A stretch of DNA of 64,000 bases from an uncultured Clostridia bacterium (GTDB lineage: Bacteria > Bacillota > Clostridia > Christensenellales > UBA1242): NCBI GenBank assembly GCA_930990515.1, contig CAKNPS010000002.1, forward strand, positions 189,327 to 253,326, in the 5' to 3' direction. Position 1 is the stretch's first letter; each line of letters starts with the position of its first letter. Shown piece after piece: positions 52,801 to 58,289 of the stretch. The notes under the pieces are model-generated. The model was not told where the DNA came from and did not search any database. It worked only from the letters and a program-made list of their open reading frames with translations. The position numbers and the translations under genes are program-made.

Positions 52801-55800
52801 TTGTCCTTTACGCAAGGTGGCAAATTCAACAAAACACAGTATATTTGACTTTTGATGATATGACACTTAATAGTGCGAAGATAAATGATATTGATGTTGA
52901 CTTCACAATAGATAACGGAACTTATATCTTTGAAAACTTGACCTTTAATGACACTTTAATTTTAGAATTTACATTACAAGCAGGGTTTAATATTAATTCC
53001 GTAAGTTACCACTATCTTGATGGAGAAGATATTGAAGTGTTATCATTCCGCACAGAAGATAATATTGGCATTGTGGAATTTACAATTCCTGCAAGACCAG
53101 AAGTTTATCTTGAAGTTAATAGTGGTCTTAATGAAAATGAAATCAGAATTACTGGGGACAACATTTTAAGTGTCACAGCAACCGATACACAAGGAAATCC
53201 TTTTGAAATTATAGACAACAGTTTTGTTGTTGACACGAATGTTGATATAATCATTCAAGTAACATTCACTCCTGGTTATGTTTATGTTTCCTCATCACTT
53301 ACTTCAAATTATAATGAAACCTACGATGAAGAAAACAACATTTTAACGATTGAACTATATAACATCACTTCTTCAATGGAAATTGCACTTGTCACAAGAG
53401 TTCGTCAAAATCAAATTTCTGTTGAGTTTGCAACACCATCTCATTTAGAGCAGTTTGTTGTTAACAATATGATTATCAGTTCTGAACTTGTGTTTGAAGT
53501 AGATACTGGAGAGCCTTTTGCTTTCTATACTCAAATTACACACGGCTATAAAACATCAGTTGAAGAAATAGTTTCAAGTGTTCAAGACACTGAAATTCAA
53601 GTTTCTGTTGTGAATGATGCATCTAGTTTATATAATGGTTACTTCTATGTTGTTATTAATAACATTTATAGCGATATTGATTTAATAATCAACACATCAA
53701 AACAATCTTATACAGTTCAAGTTGTAACTATTAATTATGACGAGAATATGCAGTTAGTTGAAAATGCAAGAAACACCGCTTTTGTTAATGGGGAAAGTGA
53801 AGTTACAATGGAATTTGAAAGTGAAGTTGAACTTAGTGCAAATGCTTATGATGATTATGGATTTGCTGGCTTTAGTCTTGACGGACTTTCAGTCTTCACT
53901 TCAGATAATCCTGCAACTTATGTGGTTGAAGATAATGTAATAATTTATGCAATCTTCTCGAAACTTCGTTATAATTTGACATTCCTATCCTATAATTATT
54001 ATCAATTAGATAGTGGTTCAGGAAGCGGTGGAGAAGAAAAATACGAACTTATCTATCAACAAATTTTCTATGCTAATGAAGACCGAACTCAAACAATTAA
54101 CGAAACAACATTGTTCTATGGTGCTTCAATAACACTTTATTTAACAATTCCAAGTGGCTATAATTTCTATGGTTTTGGTTATTATGAAGTAAATAATCCA
54201 AATAGGACTTATATTGTTAGAGATGAAGTGACGGAAGACCGCTTGGTTGACATTTACATTTCTGCTGACGAATTCTTAGATGTAGAAAACACCAATATTA
54301 TTGTCTTTGTGGCATTAAGTCCAATTGAAGTGGAAATTAATGTTTCATCTTGGCTTGATTATGATGGTAGTTATGAAGAAGATGATAGAGCAGGAAATAT
54401 TTCACTAGTAGATGAAAATGCTGGAGAAGTTAATAGCAATGGTTATGTGACAGGAACTAACAATCATTATTCTTCATCATCATTTAATGGTGGAAATCCT
54501 GATGTTAGAGATTTCACAGTTATATCTTATACTAATAGCACAATTTATCTAAAAATCTACGCAGAGCGTGATGGTTATTACTTCACAAGAGTGTCGGCAA
54601 CTCCTAACATCACAATAAACGCTTTAGGAAGGTTCGATGAAGGTGGGGTTGGATATTATCTATATCAATTTGCTGGCTTTATTGGTGGAACTCCTTTAGA
54701 CATACAAGTTTACTTTAAAGCAGAGAAGAAAATTATTGACTATAATTTTGTTAATGAAAATGGCGATATTGTAGTAGGTGGAAACTTGCGTTTGGAAGTT
54801 GATGCTGAAAACAGCAATAAAGTCTGGTCAGATGGAACAAACTTCTCTTCTATGACAGTGACAGGTTTTATTGATACAAATTACACAGTGGTGGCTTATG
54901 TTCGTCTTGGCTTTATGATTGATGAAAATGCTTCTTTTATAACTTATGACGACAGTGTTGTGACAGTATCAAATATAAGTTTTGACCAAGTTTTATCTGA
55001 AGTTTCAAATTACACTTATATTTTAAGATTTAATGTCAGTGGTTATAAGGATAACACAACCATAAACATCAATTTAGTGCCACAGACTTACACTGTTTTA
55101 CTTAAAGATACTTCAATAGAAACTGACGCTGAGACAAGTGACATTTTACTGGAAATTAGAAATGTTAAATTCCATGAACTATTAAATCTAAGCGTAGACA
55201 ATAGTGAAAACTTAATTTTTGACGAAGAATTGTTTGATTATAGAAATGGTGTCCTTAGTGTCGTTCAAACAAAAGATGATTACTCATTTGGTGGTTATTT
55301 CACTCGTGAAAACGGGCAAGGAAGACAATACATCAACGCATCTGGCGAAGCCATTTATGACTTTATGGAAACAGGCTACATTTTAGATGAGACTAACAAT
55401 ATTTATGTGCTTGCAGAAAATGCTGAAATTGTTGATGGACAAGTTGTTATCACTCTTTACTTATATTGGGTATATCTAAAAACACAAATCACTTTTGAAC
55501 TTATTCCTGAAACTAACTTGAACATTGATGCTCTTGATATAGTTAATGGTGTGAATGAATACAACTCTTGGTTTAATGAAGATATACCGCTTTATCTTGA
55601 AGTTGCATTCGACACAAATCTTACATTTACTGCACCAGAACTTTCGGGCTATAGTTTCTATCGATTTGTGATAAGACAATGCGATGCTAATGGTAACTGG
55701 CTTTCAGATGTTGTAAGTTATCAATCTTCTGTTCCTTGGTCAACAAATGAATTTGACCAAATAGTTCAAGTTGAAGTTCAAATTTATTATTTCGCAAAAG

Positions 55801-57188
55801 TTGATGTTCTTCTTTATGGTGGTGAAATGGAATATGAAATTCGACAGACAACTGATGACAATGCCGCAAGAACACTTTTAAGTCAAGGTTATGTTGATAC
55901 AACAAAAGAATTTACCTTAGCAGCACTTGACTCAGACGGATATACCTTCCAGTATTGGATTAATGCAACCAATAATATGCGTTACGATACAAAAGAAGTG
56001 ACATTGACAATCACATCAAGGACAACTTTCTTCTTGTATTGTCAAGGAAAGAGTATTGTCTTAAGATTTGATGAATATGACGCAACAAATGGGCAAATTG
56101 TAATACTTGAAATTAATTCTCGTCTTAGTGGAATTTCTAATCGAGCACTTGGAATTTATAATGATGATGGCTTTGTTAAAACAACCACAAGTGTTAATGT
56201 CAGAGTTGGCGATACTGTCACTTTCTTAACCAGCATTGATTTTGGTTATGGTGCAGAATGGAATATTGACGGTGTTGAACTTACAAGAATGACAAGTGAA
56301 TATTATTACTTCACCGTAACGCTTGATGAAACTTTTGCAAATCAATCTATTCAAGTTATTCCAACCTTCTCTGGAGAAAGTGTAGCATTCTATATTCAAC
56401 AAGATTTCAGTGAAGAAGATTATCTTGAAAATGCAACAGATAACAACAATGCAGCAAATGCAGGTTACTTTGTATATCAAAATGAAACTACAAGTGTTGT
56501 TATTGATAGTATTTTTGTCAACATAAATATTAATGTCGTTTTAAATATGAGATATGCCGTAAAAGAAATTAGAGTTATGTCTTATAGTGGCGAAAGTATT
56601 GATGTGACAGAATGCTATAATAGTCAAACGGGGCTTCTTTCCTTCACTCCAGCCTTTATGGCAGAGAACAACATTGCAGGGACTTTGATTTTGGAAGTTA
56701 TTTATGATAGATTGTATTTCACATACATTGGCGAGTTTGAAGAACACGGCAATGGTCAAGAAGATAATCCATATTTAATTTCCACTGTGGAAGATTTAAC
56801 TTACTATATGCAAAAGATTAATAACGGGGAAGTTAATGCTGACGGACTTAAATATTCTGAAGCAAGTTATCGACTTACCACAAGTCTTAACTTAGCAGAA
56901 AAATTCTGGACACCAATCGGAACGGAAGAAAATCCTTTCAATGGAACATTCAGTTTCAATGGTTATACAATAACTTCAGTTTATCTTGCAAGACTTTATA
57001 ACAGCACAAGTTATGGTGGTTTGTTCGGTGTGCTTGGCGAAAATGCTAGATTTATTCAATCTGAACAAAACTTCTGGTATATCTATGTGATTGTGGGAGT
57101 TGTAGCATTCTTAATTATTCTTTTGGTTATTCTTCTTCTATGGAACAGAAATAGAAAGAAGAGAAGAGAAGAAATGGAAAGAAGGTAG
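37854..57188 (+). CDS. Giant surface protein (6444 aa): signal peptide, GLUG modules, Listeria-Bacteroides (Flg_new-type) repeats, MBG/YDG-type repeats, C-terminal TM anchor
   Basis: The ORF runs uninterrupted for 19335 nt. The signal peptide is MKIRSLIFSLLMIFVGIAGAYSF...VSA. GLUG repeats lie at about 38340-39130 (VGGLVGLS, VGGLVGTF, VGGIVGNT, LGGIVGYT, SGGILGYG, IGGIVGFS). A second GLUG-type module begins near 39500 (GNGTKLSPYLIYTAGDLARV). GY.F.GW...LYA.W repeats are present (e.g. TGYDFVGWFLSE...VLYARWQ). K.YDG-type repeats are present (e.g. FDKVYDGSNIVEV...GIYQDVNAGDNKSV...NYTL). A C-terminal GLUG-like cap lies at about 56740-57060. The TM is FWYIYVIVGVVAFLIILLVILLLW followed by NRNRKKRREEMERR. 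There is no LPXTG. Confidence 0.95.
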   Translation: MKIRSLIFSLLMIFVGIAGAYSFVLPIQNVSAVSEDASLWDGEYPTQVSNYDFEMVVELGSNPESAPDYNYVVGDIDGNGEYNNLYYIYSARGFAYFANQVSLGNTYAGETVYLCTDIDLNGANEEDKKFWKPIGISSNGNANYFAGTFDGQGYSIYSMTISGTYGGTNNYGQWVGLFSNINSATIKNVNLVDVDVSYTGQGANVGGLVGLSRNSSILNCSVSGSVTGNGDGNGNIQGVGGLVGTFYGDTSTTYNDGDYSSKHRIANSRNMATVSGEANVGGIVGNTHDSVVILECFNEGEIKASSTGSSNNLGGIVGYTIANSTNSSLLVSYSYNAGNIVIDNATNSGGILGYGASQSNGYNSYFNIENSFNRGNFTYSSESAVLSSSRIGGIVGFSNRPNGGTTGNGAQTFSRIFNVGKVVNNSGEYTIPQSSTFSEIINVQQGAVIVGCEFVYYDSDYLYSYTNPDRISSWSLTSSNVTQISNNPALVEVSLMNDKFRTANFGGEVFLGDGISNVRDSDIWAMSSGINGGYPYLKNTYNLNNANNNSSSTVDNLWKGNGTKLSPYLIYTAGDLARVSEIYNNGYVNDKGEFVYGENENGQNILGGDVINEKTITYFSLQNDIDLSSRAWAPIGNGRTENSNTYKFINAVFDGNDFTISGINCSLQANYSHLGLFGYAENSIIRNVKISDFRFIGTSSSETTIYKSTLVAYLDESYVINCADLTGGVEDTPTIGGSTTSSYLVYGLNNYIEGDNVFADNNLYGINDIKNITTLYLTYINTNGGVIYDTIIRDEINESGENIGEVIVHSGQAELLINTDGIIHKAINTSFGNTYLTKLPEDSIDSNGNLIENSVIIKEGNIIQYFKTDDKNNNPGADSISLPDGDGTSAIPNLVKSGLTASWGSADVVTITINYNIYETKNNYENITQNEITFKSKYNEYWTNRRFSENILQELKNQSISRQGYQIVGIYTGFDTDFTGYNYLVNENSLESGVGLFLNYAQTFYVDWEGNSNYSISLNLIDSGDNSSLASTPLNYVWRDAVESVIVTFTATGDSITLRDDILSDGSTAFNYSTANVDLSDETVEIQILLKEGFEFDINDEFLQNSGFVNAGTTGDYVEKFGSASLDHSNVNSNDYVYLPKEVLTIYLSNIVGNGSLSVNVRRSNHTYNLTVDNEIYFAMTAPQVVNTATSISVLTGENSWEPLSNFSPETFQLIDDKSDFYFGVNLFDNYFLSSTDSYDRSEIPSRLFKIEYNNIVGEGILINIRDISSASHYFLYVLTTETVSTPNPDDDGIRNVQTLYSISRDSASNLSYSNFIIEDMLASITEGYEDAGNNGATENVSSKFYNFTYYTNSNFGIVFSTETDDAEIVDYQSRPEILMFNDANGNGEHDEGSPDDGTIAEEVRKIFYNFVWPTDTDNNGTTIESYYGFDISNLETVDEFTITQSKTTVSFDFKFATLEGDTLTDVTSTLENLPQIDISVGNTASGDLGNYFNSHGVSLNVNNYDYLTLTIKNTDSIMWQYRDFARISNVGKITSSTIDGNEILTIGSYLDTYLFITPKGSDGKYTLDGNIENPDSGGQSISYDPASYFSYSLIPTETDSDYLYEYTLSIAFPSDITPTDFDITFVVREVNFNISVSSIYKQTSQDTGYTDTTNETVISIDGEDNFDSSLTLKASDTFEISTNTENPGYTFNGFVVTKGSGSSYTETYFPPISHDEYGQTRLSMSMQEFLSYYKDNFTTLASSEDYDYTYTIRAVYVSKYLSYMASINRFVISNYNGHAGRFGLASGNIGNVDTNNLTTGVFYYYSENSNSSLTNGYFNFSLKSNSSLLYELTGFAILTSDEHDLTSENFVTENGAIYLDESSSTFETDGSAIKIYGSAVENYLKEKMSDINFINDYANSTVYIVPVVRQKTLQITINDGVTSSDIDNAVYNTEGTETTGTEIVMTYYYLLNSSLPISNAIYFGEENDNRGNYIASVNGGSYISLILNDLFAYRVGYTSRSWAAFYGDRYIQTYSSNISLDTFFNSSYVSDDGLSDYKITVSRSWTPNTYTITYYSGDSRYNSDIYGTSTTANYSQTATYNVATTLLTNRFLITGYDFAGWEVYKVTADGNIYLGNYDENQDITNIITGADQIANEENFGTSLNVYATWTAKTYNITLNGNGGRFSNGNETLTLQLSYNQMFNSATVSENQNITISNIENLFRVGTNEYILRDSFAFNGFYVSNDPSLTISVTNNITTSTYLRNNILTFVDSLDEALVVYATWRFTDVPSISFLNQVEYTYNGAPIEVGIDEFNIVADNLDVINGDAFSIAYSNANSGIDVDFTFAGEPSQNIEIEEVSLATGQGTTYLFTVGENVGTYTITLTISLIDNASTYYNLGTFTNLSTTFSIVINRADVTFSISENNAIWLKNLQYMVSLVGSSTEIAQFNNYTTFEDLRLDYVSKENYEFTANLVYEYLFMKYYNIINTKTSEIHTFKNWTYKDNDDNTTNDYFSYYGGISYFGEDENNTNWDGISQERQERAQILSNSLFVFGYTFGNDVSQVVLTGEDNSRYNVGDITLSFADSDNLITELQITSITVYSTRTMIPGNSYSVRAYLTDTELNAGNLNNYNLNTDANGQYYIELDNAYMFVQVLRLQNNSLARSTYYNGEIADVSWTSAEQEANGRIYFDGSILYPYEIDSELYNGLYLNLTIQTSNAGNADQDTEFNFYDKENYLNISNLIICTFGDSSSSSDFTNYYSYFNVILDESFVFTIYNVVDTARIELSPTYFTRYNGIITNTDLPEDVLLSLENGLFSVTSFTYSLDNTTTQTYAENDSFGNAMPLSDGQYFSEDGSILLFTLEDNNSNAPIFYTSAAVVSVGIMINRSLLNQTIKYYGTFDSLLTDLENPYSATTEYNIILKTKTDEGIFQSDIEYADGAITDLNYYGVFSDMVRIDYDLNLPNVENIMHNLLKLNEDTVDNIINITYSNLSVTDLKYTINGVEQSYVNLFEIQEEEPTVFIGADINDPHTFVTLKAYWEISELSLLQNQTEFNYAVGSMSSFYANLVGSMENEESDFFDYTYEFYLGENLLASSNNFATLVLNFNNGGSISDNGTYTLKFTVSIKDRYAYILDGTSASSVSGSLDFDINFFKNRLTNLEFVTESNEITYDGFDHINTFSIRLTYQVFDSDLNDYAEDLITAEYQYGTSNYLTIIVEKGGEIVTSIDNVGTYIIQVTLNENYFDFDADLIDTIFEFIVNRMNIDLSTYNLNRSKNFNADDPALTNTFRIANQNVQFNLERNMVDGVYPEDIGEYSLYLTSFTSQDNNNFTLSYGEVSLFDGTNYNEQNCETTPVGTLSIVKTGDLRISWQVSDNLSNTIPVDYDVNGYSVSITTDGNLIVYKGGEQEEVVSLVFYDLVQGQNITKEIVLNILLPLLDEIDVYLTTSGQNYDTAYNSGNYTFTLDIPENAEILNYYNNIYFSSEYTLQILSQTLNLDNFNFEKEFDGDDEIYLDINNNIIEDISQFDGIYIQGTFTDIHAGNNILLSVMLMSTDEETYSLVNYQLSASSAYGNILKRDAEITFTFNFLEGKSNFNYGDLTLDNLSSFISYEVFDGEEDVTDLFQSSYFNLNYTLTQQSGSVQTNSRGYVYVGEYTLDTISDYQDFNMTENLPSIIVLPYEYQLELDEGFISVTALDAVSSAYNETVFVEDTGDTFVVGFYVPNEIVGTTGQVGNYELTLNSDNNLYTSLYSSGNIRLTINQNNNAFSVVSFEGALYLQIDDESILTRPYNGQTYTITADETSFIITIENGNSQYSVSSTFSFFTYQDGSLVQIDNADLTFDEISITSSNTNEFSAVGSYRLNLSATAVGYTNVSFLSSYTFIIAPREITLSDGMFDKVYDGSNIVEVEATEDMGLIAGDSVTIRGIYQDVNAGDNKSVRVTLAGSSSRNYTLTTTTTVGTISKKDATISLVQDEFEYGDVTKNTSLSFEVFDGESIISSGAYQIISQTINYQGEGYLPYSVDSYSVSIVVESTNYNITPLSLNFHITKRQISFTFTSPGVYMASFGSDETLSEYFVRSYTTVYGDTIEIQFRRDEGTATGYYFVREASLNSSDEASNNYSISETVTDNVGAYRIVSSGNRIYLLASEEDVITDENEGIVLEFEYDGNSYNQVSLVLNAEEENYSLVVSNSDNPEISQDFVLNMYSYNEANGTYTRLTSVFDSTISANTISISDLILNAGNYYIYNSDVTSSNFAVKLGKNNMLFAFQITVTRRPVYFRDAVLERQFDNQNATLYYENANSILTNILSGDNLSLNVEFYDSDGAPARYAGEGYTLRGELSGSDNYQLVFTLNDGTPVTGTITKAPISIAINDQSVVYGDQNTQMGGVIITYQFQSETIDLTQYEKLDEMMLNIVLWDPVLNSEATYSSTGYLNAQVYNMRSDGLVSDDFYIDTNGFICNGTAGSNLITTYTVSPRTLNIVQRDEELQTIFTKYYDGGTTANIFTDGVLRFDFDGEIVGDVVSVESGNYATSAVGQQIAVSFTLIGADSGNYVLTPYTSGVINPITVSINYDKGGDSEEENNNIISSVPEGTPLLENMNYPFVYSDSLTSNSQTDSPLTSASFPSSLTGKEGHTFSHWSLDFEVTENSTEYDYLVRLASELNLTTSYQEGIFSFVVGNNRATVSLLNRLLSDESNNYFGLYFLGQETIEITFHAVWTTQTYNVTVSLEKDGMPTTQFAETYVNDYLLPTASYQATYAYNSQFTIRAVLDDHIKVARFYDMATGSDYVDGEDGVEISTTLNSETNKYETTFYVASLSRAMNIVVEFAYKDVSITLDLTSFGIGEVTFDDDRFTEYSTNRYVWNTSYDELNNLSLSNLPELTRVGFIVTGYSFSMGTGSTEISADVFDSRFISDFVYPSGDDYEIVYSPVFLGHDVNVVLNYNEDGNYQNDDTDQKVNIQVPYQGTFGSSSEWIETPTRTGYDFVGWFLSESSEEAITGESVVDNDAGIVLYARWQIQQNTVYLTFDDMTLNSAKINDIDVDFTIDNGTYIFENLTFNDTLILEFTLQAGFNINSVSYHYLDGEDIEVLSFRTEDNIGIVEFTIPARPEVYLEVNSGLNENEIRITGDNILSVTATDTQGNPFEIIDNSFVVDTNVDIIIQVTFTPGYVYVSSSLTSNYNETYDEENNILTIELYNITSSMEIALVTRVRQNQISVEFATPSHLEQFVVNNMIISSELVFEVDTGEPFAFYTQITHGYKTSVEEIVSSVQDTEIQVSVVNDASSLYNGYFYVVINNIYSDIDLIINTSKQSYTVQVVTINYDENMQLVENARNTAFVNGESEVTMEFESEVELSANAYDDYGFAGFSLDGLSVFTSDNPATYVVEDNVIIYAIFSKLRYNLTFLSYNYYQLDSGSGSGGEEKYELIYQQIFYANEDRTQTINETTLFYGASITLYLTIPSGYNFYGFGYYEVNNPNRTYIVRDEVTEDRLVDIYISADEFLDVENTNIIVFVALSPIEVEINVSSWLDYDGSYEEDDRAGNISLVDENAGEVNSNGYVTGTNNHYSSSSFNGGNPDVRDFTVISYTNSTIYLKIYAERDGYYFTRVSATPNITINALGRFDEGGVGYYLYQFAGFIGGTPLDIQVYFKAEKKIIDYNFVNENGDIVVGGNLRLEVDAENSNKVWSDGTNFSSMTVTGFIDTNYTVVAYVRLGFMIDENASFITYDDSVVTVSNISFDQVLSEVSNYTYILRFNVSGYKDNTTININLVPQTYTVLLKDTSIETDAETSDILLEIRNVKFHELLNLSVDNSENLIFDEELFDYRNGVLSVVQTKDDYSFGGYFTRENGQGRQYINASGEAIYDFMETGYILDETNNIYVLAENAEIVDGQVVITLYLYWVYLKTQITFELIPETNLNIDALDIVNGVNEYNSWFNEDIPLYLEVAFDTNLTFTAPELSGYSFYRFVIRQCDANGNWLSDVVSYQSSVPWSTNEFDQIVQVEVQIYYFAKVDVLLYGGEMEYEIRQTTDDNAARTLLSQGYVDTTKEFTLAALDSDGYTFQYWINATNNMRYDTKEVTLTITSRTTFFLYCQGKSIVLRFDEYDATNGQIVILEINSRLSGISNRALGIYNDDGFVKTTTSVNVRVGDTVTFLTSIDFGYGAEWNIDGVELTRMTSEYYYFTVTLDETFANQSIQVIPTFSGESVAFYIQQDFSEEDYLENATDNNNAANAGYFVYQNETTSVVIDSIFVNININVVLNMRYAVKEIRVMSYSGESIDVTECYNSQTGLLSFTPAFMAENNIAGTLILEVIYDRLYFTYIGEFEEHGNGQEDNPYLISTVEDLTYYMQKINNGEVNADGLKYSEASYRLTTSLNLAEKFWTPIGTEENPFNGTFSFNGYTITSVYLARLYNSTSYGGLFGVLGENARFIQSEQNFWYIYVIVGVVAFLIILLVILLLWNRNRKKRREEMERR

Positions 57189-57190
57189 GG

Positions 57191-57264
57191 CGAGAAAGTA
57201 AAATTTTTAACAAGTTAAAAATTTTGAAAACGAAGTTTTCGTGCGTGAAACGCACACTTTCTCG
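57191..57264. repeat. Nested-palindrome four-helix (cloverleaf) element, copy B
   Basis: Outer stem 57191-57199 / 57256-57264. Inner hairpins are 57200-57211/57214-57225, 57226-57231/57235-57240 and 57241-57245/57251-57255. No nucleotides separate the helices. It begins 3 nt after the giant-gene TAG (57186-57188). Confidence 0.6.
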
Positions 57265-57414
57265 ACCGTTCTCCATTTAAGTTTTTTCAGAATTAAATAC
57301 AGTAAATTTAAAATTTTTCATTATTATACCTACAATAAAACAACACAAAAACAAACAACATTTGTGGAAATAATTTTATAAAATTATAAATATAATAAAA
57401 CAAGGGAGAATTAT

Positions 57415-58185
57415 ATGTCGATTTACCTTGTTTTATTTTTTATGGGGATTGTCCAAGGTTTAACAGAATTTTTGCCAGTAAGTTCAAGCGGACACTTAGT
57501 ATTAATTTCACAACTCTTTAACATTGAAGAAAGCCTTTTCATCAGCATTCTTTTGCACATTGCCACTCTTCTTTCAATTATTGTTGTGTTTTATAAAGAT
57601 ATATGGGAGTTGATTCGCCACCCCTTTTCACAGAAAACAATCATACTTGTTTTAGCCACAATTCCAACTTGCATCATTGTTTTAATCTTAATGCCAATAA
57701 TTAAATCTTCTTTTGGTGGAGCATTACTTCCATACTGCTTTATAATTTCAGCAATTTTATTACTTACAACTGAACTTTTGACAAAAAAGAAAATTGTAAA
57801 TAAAGTGGGAGAAATAAATACTAAAACAGCAGTTATTATGGGAATTGCACAAGGTTTTGCAGTTTTTCCGGGGATTTCTCGCTCTGGGACAACCATTTGT
57901 GCAGGACTTCTTGCAGGTGGAGATAAAAAAGAAACAACAAAATTTTCTTTCATTATGAGTATTCCAATAATTTTGCTTTCAATGATTATGGAAATTTATG
58001 AAATTTGCACTGGTGGTGTTGTAATCAATTTTCCGCCTTTAGCAGTTATTCTTTCCTTTGTGATTGCTTTTGTTAGTGGAATTTTTGCCATAAAATTTAT
58101 GATGAAATTAACAGAAAAAGCAAACTTAAAGTGGTTCAGCATTTATCTTTTCCTTCTCGGTGTGACAACATTTTTCGTAATTTAA
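57415..58185 (+). CDS. uppP: Undecaprenyl-diphosphate phosphatase
   Basis: The 'GLTEFLPVSSSGHL' N-terminal motif and the 'PGISRSGTTI' motif are present in a polytopic membrane protein. The SD is AAGGGAGA. Confidence 0.9.
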   Translation: MSIYLVLFFMGIVQGLTEFLPVSSSGHLVLISQLFNIEESLFISILLHIATLLSIIVVFYKDIWELIRHPFSQKTIILVLATIPTCIIVLILMPIIKSSFGGALLPYCFIISAILLLTTELLTKKKIVNKVGEINTKTAVIMGIAQGFAVFPGISRSGTTICAGLLAGGDKKETTKFSFIMSIPIILLSMIMEIYEICTGGVVINFPPLAVILSFVIAFVSGIFAIKFMMKLTEKANLKWFSIYLFLLGVTTFFVI

Positions 58186-58289
58186 TATACTAATACTGAA
58201 TAACTTTTCTGGAATTTAAATTGTCCAAAATTTAATAAAATATTCATAATTTAAAACTTGTCCTTGTATATTAAAATACAAGGGGAAAT

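Noticed and set aside
38363-56759. Many 60-100-aa ORFs antisense to, or out of frame within, the giant genes (for example 38363-38560, 39239-39520, 43268-43477, 50950-51392, 55476-56759; likewise 17278-27826 in the lipoprotein gene)
   Set aside because: They lie entirely inside long, clearly coding frames. They have no SD or promoter signals, and their translations are low-complexity (Leu/Phe/Ser/Cys-rich). They are best read as frame shadows.
56900-57188. LPXTG/sortase-type sorting signal at the C-termini of the giant proteins
   Set aside because: The 6444-aa protein ends with a TM helix and an Arg/Lys tail but has no LPXTG-like pentapeptide before it. The 3600-aa protein has no C-terminal hydrophobic segment at all.
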